From: Candidatus Enterousia excrementavium
Lineage (GTDB): Bacteria; Pseudomonadota; Alphaproteobacteria; Rs-D84
Assembly (NCBI GenBank): GCA_017694175.1
Contig: JADINE010000026.1
Coordinates: forward strand, 1 to 49,598
DNA length: 49,598 bases
Reading direction: 5' to 3'
Every line of letters begins with the position of its first letter. The stretch's first letter is position 1. Under the pieces are notes generated by a model. It saw nothing but the letters and a program-made list of their open reading frames with translations. It was not told the origin of the DNA and ran no database searches. Shown here one piece after another: positions 43,898-49,598 of this stretch. The position numbers were made by a program, and so were the translations under genes.

Positions 43898-45637
43898 TCA
43901 TACACGTTCAAACCATCCATCTATTTGTGACAAAGGAATAATTTTGTACACAGGTCGCCCGTGATTGCACTCGCCCCCGCGTTCAGTATTTTCTATATCA
44001 CGCAGCAACGCATCCATTTGTGCAAAATCCAACTTTTGCCCTGCCCGCACACTGTGATGGCATGCATAATTTGCCAATTTCAAATGCAGCCGCTGAATTA
44101 ATTGTGTTGAATCCCCACAATCACGCACCTCGTCGGCAATGGCATGAAATAAATCAGCCCAATTCAAATCCCAATCTGCGGGCTTTTCAAAAATTGCAAT
44201 CGCACGATCCCCAAACGCATCTATGTACAATCCCGACTTGTGTAATTGTTCCGCCACAGAAAGCACCGCCATAACATCTTCATCCCGCAAACTTACAACT
44301 ATTGGTGTTAACAAAGGCTGCACTTTTATCGTATATTTTCTTAATTTTTCATAAGTTATACGTTCATGTGCGGCGTGCTGATCAACAATAACCAAATTTT
44401 CGCCGCTTTGTGCCAAAATATATTTATTACTTAATTGACCAATAACGCGCCCCAATGGACATGCTGCGTTATTCACAGGTTCAGCGGCTTGATACGTTTG
44501 TGCATTTTTGTCACCAAACATCGCCCCAACCCCACGTTCCAATTCCCGGCGTGGCGAACACAACCGACTGCCCAACGCACGAAAATCGATTGATTGTGGT
44601 CCAGGCCCGGCAAAGCGGTTGGAAACATACGGCGCACTTACCGCTACAACATTTTCTTTCCGCGCCAACGTTTGCGCCAACGCATCGCGCAAAGATTTTA
44701 TCAAAAACGCCCGCACATGCGAAGGTTCTAAAAAATGCACATCAGTCTTTGCCGGCGACACATTAACATCGACACTGCGCGAATCCATTTCCAGGTACAA
44801 AGCACACAATGGAAATTCACGTGGATGCATCACATCAACGTATGCAGCCCGCAAAGCAGCAACTAAAACTTTGTCCCGAACGGGGCGCCCATTTACAAAC
44901 AAAAATTGATCCACAGATGTTGCGCGTCGCAATGTTGGTTCTGAAATTAATCCGTGCACCCGCAACCCAGCCGTCGAACCAGACACAGCATCAACAGCAA
45001 GCATACGCCCACGAACATCATCCCCCATCACGGCCGCAACACGTTCAGCCATATCCTGATTTTTTGGAAAGCGCCATTTATTATTTAATGTAAATCCAAC
45101 ATCCGCACGTGCCATTGCCAAACGTTTCACAACATCCAACACAGACATCATTTCCGCCCGATCACTGCGTAAAAATTTCAAACGCGCAGGCGTCTTTGCA
45201 AATAAATTTTGCACCCGAATACGTGTTCCAGCATCCCAAGCGGCCGGCTTTATTTCACCCGTCGCGCAATCCAAATGCCACCCATTGGCATCATCACCAT
45301 TAAATGTATCTATTGTCATATCTGATACAGATGCAATCGACGGCAATGCCTCGCCACGAAACCCCATAAAATTAATATCCAACAAATCATCAGATGGTAA
45401 TTTTGACGTGGCATGCCTCATAATACAATGTGCCAAATCGTCGCGCGACATCCCCCCACCGTTATCGATAACAGAAATCATGGTACGACCACCATCAACC
45501 ACATCAATAACTATCTGATCTGCCCCCGCATCCAGCGCATTTTCAACCAATTCTTTAACAACACTGGCGGGCCGTTCCACAACTTCGCCGGCGGCAATTT
45601 GATTTATTAAAAAATCCGGCAAAACACGAATCGGCAT
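43898..45637 (-). CDS. mutL: DNA mismatch repair protein MutL
   Basis: 'INQIAAGEVVERPASVVKELVENALDAGA' GHKL ATPase N-terminus and a MutL C-terminal dimerisation domain. Confidence 0.95.
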   Translation of the reverse strand: MPIRVLPDFLINQIAAGEVVERPASVVKELVENALDAGADQIVIDVVDGGRTMISVIDNGGGMSRDDLAHCIMRHATSKLPSDDLLDINFMGFRGEALPSIASVSDMTIDTFNGDDANGWHLDCATGEIKPAAWDAGTRIRVQNLFAKTPARLKFLRSDRAEMMSVLDVVKRLAMARADVGFTLNNKWRFPKNQDMAERVAAVMGDDVRGRMLAVDAVSGSTAGLRVHGLISEPTLRRATSVDQFLFVNGRPVRDKVLVAALRAAYVDVMHPREFPLCALYLEMDSRSVDVNVSPAKTDVHFLEPSHVRAFLIKSLRDALAQTLARKENVVAVSAPYVSNRFAGPGPQSIDFRALGSRLCSPRRELERGVGAMFGDKNAQTYQAAEPVNNAACPLGRVIGQLSNKYILAQSGENLVIVDQHAAHERITYEKLRKYTIKVQPLLTPIVVSLRDEDVMAVLSVAEQLHKSGLYIDAFGDRAIAIFEKPADWDLNWADLFHAIADEVRDCGDSTQLIQRLHLKLANYACHHSVRAGQKLDFAQMDALLRDIENTERGGECNHGRPVYKIIPLSQIDGWFERV

Positions 45638-45644
45638 ATTCAGG

Positions 45645-46115
45645 CTATTCCTTGAACTTTACTTCCAAAATTTCGTATTCTCTTTCCCCACTGGGCAACT
45701 TCACAATACAAGTATCCCCAACACAGCGCCCGATCATGGCACGCCCCACAGGCGACGTACACGAAATCACTTGTTTACCGTCGGCCTCGATATCAGACAA
45801 AATGCGGCACTGCATACGATTACCATCTTCATCTTCGGCAACAACGCGCGCACCAAACACCACCCTGTCGCCGGACAAACTGTCCACATCGATAATATTG
45901 GCATTATTTATAAAATCTTCTATGAATTGAATACGCTTATCAATCTGGCGCTGTTTTTCCTTGGCCGCACTGTAATCAGCGTTTTCAGACAAATCCCCCA
46001 ACGAACGAGCCCACTGCACAGTTTTCAAAATTTCTGGCCGCTGAACTTCTTTTAAATCTTTTAATTCTTTAACAAGGCCGTCAAACCCAGCCCGTGAAAT
46101 CGGTTTTTTTTCCAT
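45645..46115 (-). CDS. greA: transcription elongation factor GreA
   Basis: 'GDLSENADYSAAKE' coiled-coil tip and a C-terminal FKBP-like domain. Start taken at 'MEKKPIS'. Confidence 0.9.
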   Translation of the reverse strand: MEKKPISRAGFDGLVKELKDLKEVQRPEILKTVQWARSLGDLSENADYSAAKEKQRQIDKRIQFIEDFINNANIIDVDSLSGDRVVFGARVVAEDEDGNRMQCRILSDIEADGKQVISCTSPVGRAMIGRCVGDTCIVKLPSGEREYEILEVKFKE

Positions 46116-46217
46116 TTTGCTTACTATCCCCATATATTTTTGTTGAAATTATAAGCAATCATTTTAATTTTGCAATTGTCAAATGAACGGGGTATACTTT
46201 TCTGATTAACAAAACAT

Positions 46218-47279
46218 ATGAAAACAAGACCGAAAATTTTGACAAGATTTCTTATGCGCAGATTTTTTTCTGGCGTGGGATTGGTATTGCTTGTCGTATG
46301 CGGCATTGTTATGGCGGTAACATTTGTGGAACGTCTTCCGTCGAACCCGACGGCACTTGCTGCGTTGGGCGATGCATGGCGGCGTTTACTTGAATATGTT
46401 CCACTGTTTTTACCAATCGCGGTGTTTTTGGGAACACTTCTTGCATCATATAACCTTACCAAATCCAGTGAAAGCATTATTGTGGCCAGTGCCGGCCTGT
46501 CGCCGTATCAAGTGTCACGTCCATTTTTAATTGGCGCGGCACTTATTGGGATTGTGGCGACAACTATAATAAATCCATATTCTGTGGAACTGAATTCCGG
46601 TGATATTACATCGGATCATCTTGTGCTGATCGATGATGAAATCTGGCTGCGCGAGGCATCAGACAACGGTTATATCACAATGAACGCAAAAAACATGCAT
46701 AAATCCGGCAACATTCTTTTGTTTGATAATGCAACACTGTACATCCAAACCCCAGATTTCAAATTGACTCAACGTGTCCAGGCCGACACCATAACATTGT
46801 CCGACGAAGGCCTGGGGGCATCACGGGCCACAATATGGAACTCGCGCGGCATACCATCCGAATCTGATTGGCATATACAGACGTTATTAAACCCACAAAC
46901 AGTGCTGGACAGATATCTTCAACCGGATCAAATTTCGTTCTGGCAATTGCCCAAATTCATACAAAAAATGGAACAAATCGGCGTACCGGTTCGTGCACAT
47001 TTGGTACAATTTTGGACCCTGTTGTTTTTACCATTAACAATGATTGCTATGGTTACACTGGGTGTGGCATTTTCCCAAACTCGCCAACGTCGCAATTACA
47101 GTTTTGGCATAAAATTTGGCATGGGGGTTCTTACATGCTTTGCAGTGTACTTCCTTGTAAACATGTTCAGCGCATTGGGGGCCACAGGCACATTGCCGCC
47201 ACTGTTGGCAATTATTGCACCACCACTTATTATCATTGCGGGCGCTGGTGTATTTATAACAAGTTTTGATACAATATAA
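46218..47279 (+). CDS. LPS export ABC permease, LptF/LptG (YjgP/YjgQ) family
   Basis: 'ILTRFLMRRFF' N-terminus, three TMs, a periplasmic beta-jellyroll-sized insert, then three more TMs. Confidence 0.75.
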   Translation: MKTRPKILTRFLMRRFFSGVGLVLLVVCGIVMAVTFVERLPSNPTALAALGDAWRRLLEYVPLFLPIAVFLGTLLASYNLTKSSESIIVASAGLSPYQVSRPFLIGAALIGIVATTIINPYSVELNSGDITSDHLVLIDDEIWLREASDNGYITMNAKNMHKSGNILLFDNATLYIQTPDFKLTQRVQADTITLSDEGLGASRATIWNSRGIPSESDWHIQTLLNPQTVLDRYLQPDQISFWQLPKFIQKMEQIGVPVRAHLVQFWTLLFLPLTMIAMVTLGVAFSQTRQRRNYSFGIKFGMGVLTCFAVYFLVNMFSALGATGTLPPLLAIIAPPLIIIAGAGVFITSFDTI

Positions 47280-47301
47280 CAACAACACACAGGAAATTAA
47301 A

Positions 47302-47433
47302 ATGCCACTTCGTAAAAAGAATACCAAAAGAAATAAAATCATAATATTAACAATAATCGTTCTGTTAATAATATTGATGATTATATCTTTTCCGGCGACG
47401 GAAAATGTTACTGAAATAGTTTTGGTTCAATGA
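47302..47433 (+). CDS. small membrane protein (43 aa), translationally coupled to xerD
   Basis: AGGAA SD 6 nt upstream. MPLRKKNTKRNK followed by a 17-residue hydrophobic helix. Its stop overlaps the xerD start (ATGA). It is below the ORF-track length cutoff. Confidence 0.4.
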   Translation: MPLRKKNTKRNKIIILTIIVLLIILMIISFPATENVTEIVLVQ

Positions 47434-48296
47434 ATTACATAGATGTATTTTTGGAATCATTGGCCGCAGAACGTGGCCGCAGTCAAACAACATTGGCCAG
47501 TTATGCATCAGACCTGCGCCATGCTGATGAATCTATTCCTGGCGGATTGCTTGGCGCCAGTGCATCTGACGTTCAAAAATATTTATCAAATTTGAACGAA
47601 TGCGCCACATCCATTGCCCGCCATGCAAGTGCCCTGCGTGGGTATTACAAATTTTTAATGCTGGAAAAAATAATACAACAAAATCCCACAGCCAATCTTG
47701 AATTACCAAAACGCAGCCAAACTTTACCTAAATTATTGTCTGTGGACGAAATTGAATTACTTATTTCATCGGCTGGCGATGTGCATAATGCAACCCGCCT
47801 GCGGGCAATGATGGAATTAGTCTACGCATCAGGGCTGCGGGTATCGGAATTATGCGAACTGCCAATGACCGCCAACCTTGGGGATAAATTGCTAATTCAT
47901 GGCAAAGGCGCCAAAGAACGCCTGGTTCCCATGCACGAACGTGCACAATACGCACTGCGTAAATGGTTGGAAATTCGTGGGGATAATAAATCCAAATATA
48001 TATTCCCAGGTTCCGGCAAAACGGGCCATATAACCAGGGATGGTTTTTTCAAAATATTAAAAAAATGTGCTGTATTGGCCGGCATTAATCCGGCCAGGGT
48101 CAGCCCACACGTACTGCGCCATTCATTCGCATCACATTTATTGGCTGGCGGTGCAAATCTGCGTGCGATACAAACAATGTTGGGACACGAAGATATTTCA
48201 ACCACACAAATATATACACACGTTTTACCAGATAAATTACGCCAAACAGTTCAACAACATCACCCATTGGCACACACAGGGGAAAATAATAAATGA
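47430..48296 (+). CDS. xerD: tyrosine recombinase XerD (XerC/D family)
   Basis: 'TLASYASDLR' N-terminal SAM-like domain. 'LRHSFASHLL..GHEDISTTQIYTHV' catalytic R-H-R-Y region. Confidence 0.8.
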   Translation: MNYIDVFLESLAAERGRSQTTLASYASDLRHADESIPGGLLGASASDVQKYLSNLNECATSIARHASALRGYYKFLMLEKIIQQNPTANLELPKRSQTLPKLLSVDEIELLISSAGDVHNATRLRAMMELVYASGLRVSELCELPMTANLGDKLLIHGKGAKERLVPMHERAQYALRKWLEIRGDNKSKYIFPGSGKTGHITRDGFFKILKKCAVLAGINPARVSPHVLRHSFASHLLAGGANLRAIQTMLGHEDISTTQIYTHVLPDKLRQTVQQHHPLAHTGENNK

Positions 48297-48799
48297 TAAA
48301 AAAATGTGACCATCCAGGCTGCACCAAAGCCGGCACTTGTCGCGCGCCTAAAACACGCGATTTGCGTGAATATTGGTGGTTTTGTCGTGAACATGCGGCG
48401 GAATATAATAAAAATTGGAATTATTACGCCGGCATGAGTCCCGATGAAATCGAAGAAGATTGGGAACGCCAAACATTTGGCGCACCATTACGCGATAAAA
48501 AACAAGTGGAATCCGACCAAAAAGATTACATAAATTTCCTGAATGATTTTATCACAGGCCGCAGCACATTTGATAAAATTCCAACACGCCGCACACTGCC
48601 CGGTCGTGTAACATCTGCACTGAAAATTTTGGATTTACCAATCACCGCATCATGGCGCGAAATTTCCGCACGATATCGTGCATTGGCGAAACGCCATCAC
48701 CCAGATACCACAACCGGTGACAAAACCGCCGCAACAAAACAATTTACAAAAATTACTGATGCATATAACGTGCTGAAAACACATTTTGGCAAAAAATAA
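48293..48799 (+). CDS. J-domain protein (C-terminal DnaJ domain, Cys-rich N-terminus)
   Basis: 'CDHPGC..CRAPK..WWFCREHAAEYNKNWNYY' N-terminus and 'YRALAKRHHPDT' (HPD) in the C-terminal J domain. Confidence 0.8.
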   Translation: MIKKCDHPGCTKAGTCRAPKTRDLREYWWFCREHAAEYNKNWNYYAGMSPDEIEEDWERQTFGAPLRDKKQVESDQKDYINFLNDFITGRSTFDKIPTRRTLPGRVTSALKILDLPITASWREISARYRALAKRHHPDTTTGDKTAATKQFTKITDAYNVLKTHFGKK

Positions 48800-48826
48800 T
48801 TCGAATCGATAAATCAATTAGAACCA

Positions 48827-48897
48827 TGCAGATGCGCCGCGGTTGGCGTCGGGAACGTACAGAAGCTACGTGACCAAAGCCAACCGCAAGCAGATGC
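48827..48897. repeat. GC-rich 53-bp hairpin element flanked by 9-bp direct repeats
   Basis: GCAGATGCG at 48827-48835 and 48889-48897. Inverted repeats GCGGTTGGC (48838-46) and GCCAACCGC (48878-86), plus inner helices GTC/GAC and ACGTA/TACGT. Confidence 0.6.
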
Positions 48898-48901
48898 GTG
48901 G

Positions 48902-49598
48902 TTATAATTGATTTAGATAGGCGATGGCGTCCATGGCCGCACTACACCCTGTTCCGACCGCGGTCGCGATTTGCATTTTTATTTCCGATTCGACATCACC
49001 GGCAACAAAAACGCCTTTGGGCATTTCCGATGGAATCAGGCGTCCCATGTTATCACGGCGAATATCTTCGGTCAGATAGTCTGTATTCGCCTCGTGCCCG
49101 ATGGCAACAAACAGACCATCACAAATGATTTCTTGGTCGGCTGTGGTTGTGATGCACAGTTTATCGTCATCTGTTTTGGCAATTTTCTTCAAATCAGTAT
49201 TAAACAAGCATTCAATGTTTTCGCGTTCAGACACACGGTTGCGCAATACTTCTTCGGCACGGGTAAATGCGCCCTTGCGATAAACAATTTTTACATTCTT
49301 GGCAATGTCGGCCAGATACAACGCATCGTTCAGTGCCGAATTACCGCCCCCCATGACGACAACATCCTTGCCATAATAAAAGAACCCATCGCATGTGGCA
49401 CAGTACGAAACACCCCGGCCAAATAATTCACGCGCACCATCTATTTCCAGTTTGCGTGGCGATGCCCCTGTGGCAATTATAACCACTTTGCCGACATAGC
49501 GTTTTCCGTCATCGCACAATATGTTAAATGCACTTTCTGCGTCACCGGCGATTTCTTTGGCCGATACAAATTTAATTTCTGCACCAAATGTTTCAGCC
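48902..49598 (-). CDS. trxB: thioredoxin-disulfide reductase (5' end outside window)
   Basis: 'VSYCATCDGFFY' redox-active CxxC and 'VVMGGGNSAL' NADPH site. The frame stays open upstream of the track start to the window edge. Confidence 0.9.
   Translation of the reverse strand, partial: AETFGAEIKFVSAKEIAGDAESAFNILCDDGKRYVGKVVIIATGASPRKLEIDGARELFGRGVSYCATCDGFFYYGKDVVVMGGGNSALNDALYLADIAKNVKIVYRKGAFTRAEEVLRNRVSERENIECLFNTDLKKIAKTDDDKLCITTTADQEIICDGLFVAIGHEANTDYLTEDIRRDNMGRLIPSEMPKGVFVAGDVESEIKMQIATAVGTGCSAAMDAIAYLNQL

Noticed and set aside
47430-48296. The tyrosine recombinase as a phage or integrative-element integrase
   Set aside because: Its N-terminal and catalytic motifs fit chromosomal XerC/XerD. 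It is flanked by housekeeping genes and has no att-like repeats or cargo.

Overview
AT-rich, very gene-dense window, mostly transcribed on the minus strand. MucR/Ros, an RHH_4 protein, a C-terminal J-domain protein and the tat/sec/lol/lpt content suggest a reduced-genome alphaproteobacterium (Holosporales/Rickettsiales-like); this is inference only. Most of it is ordinary housekeeping: miaB (partial), tatA/B/C, lolA, nrnA-like, recJ, ftsL/ftsI, sufS-sufT-sufE, trxA, dksA, thrS, gltX, trmB, rarA, fabD, ftsK, secD/secF/yajC, mutL, greA, an LptF/G-family permease, xerD, trxB (partial) and one tRNA-Lys(CTT). I found no CRISPR array, IS element, prophage or rRNA. The best candidate for something undescribed is a tightly coupled four-gene plus-strand operon (25617-27706): a membrane protein with a P/Q-rich linker, a degenerate HNH-like protein, a SUKH-like putative immunity protein and an RHH_4 regulator. 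It sits between housekeeping genes. Other points worth a second look: (1) a promoter, a ~170-nt structured leader and an intrinsic terminator with an alternative antiterminator pairing, upstream of an orphan Cys-rich secreted protein next to tRNA-Lys, the module bracketed by two 35/36-identical palindromic hairpins; (2) an in-frame YbeY-Lnt fusion; (3) a secreted S1 protease with a coiled-coil and glycine-zipper tail; (4) a membrane-anchored GH24 lysozyme-TPR protein behind a MucR that lacks three of four zinc ligands; (5) several proteins with apparently degenerate catalytic or metal sites (S41 Ctp-like, DksA, MucR, SodC-like, HNH-like); (6) a recurrent extended -10 motif with likely leaderless genes; (7) a 53-bp GC-rich hairpin element flanked by 9-bp direct repeats. 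All family assignments are by-eye motif recognition and need profile or structure searches.
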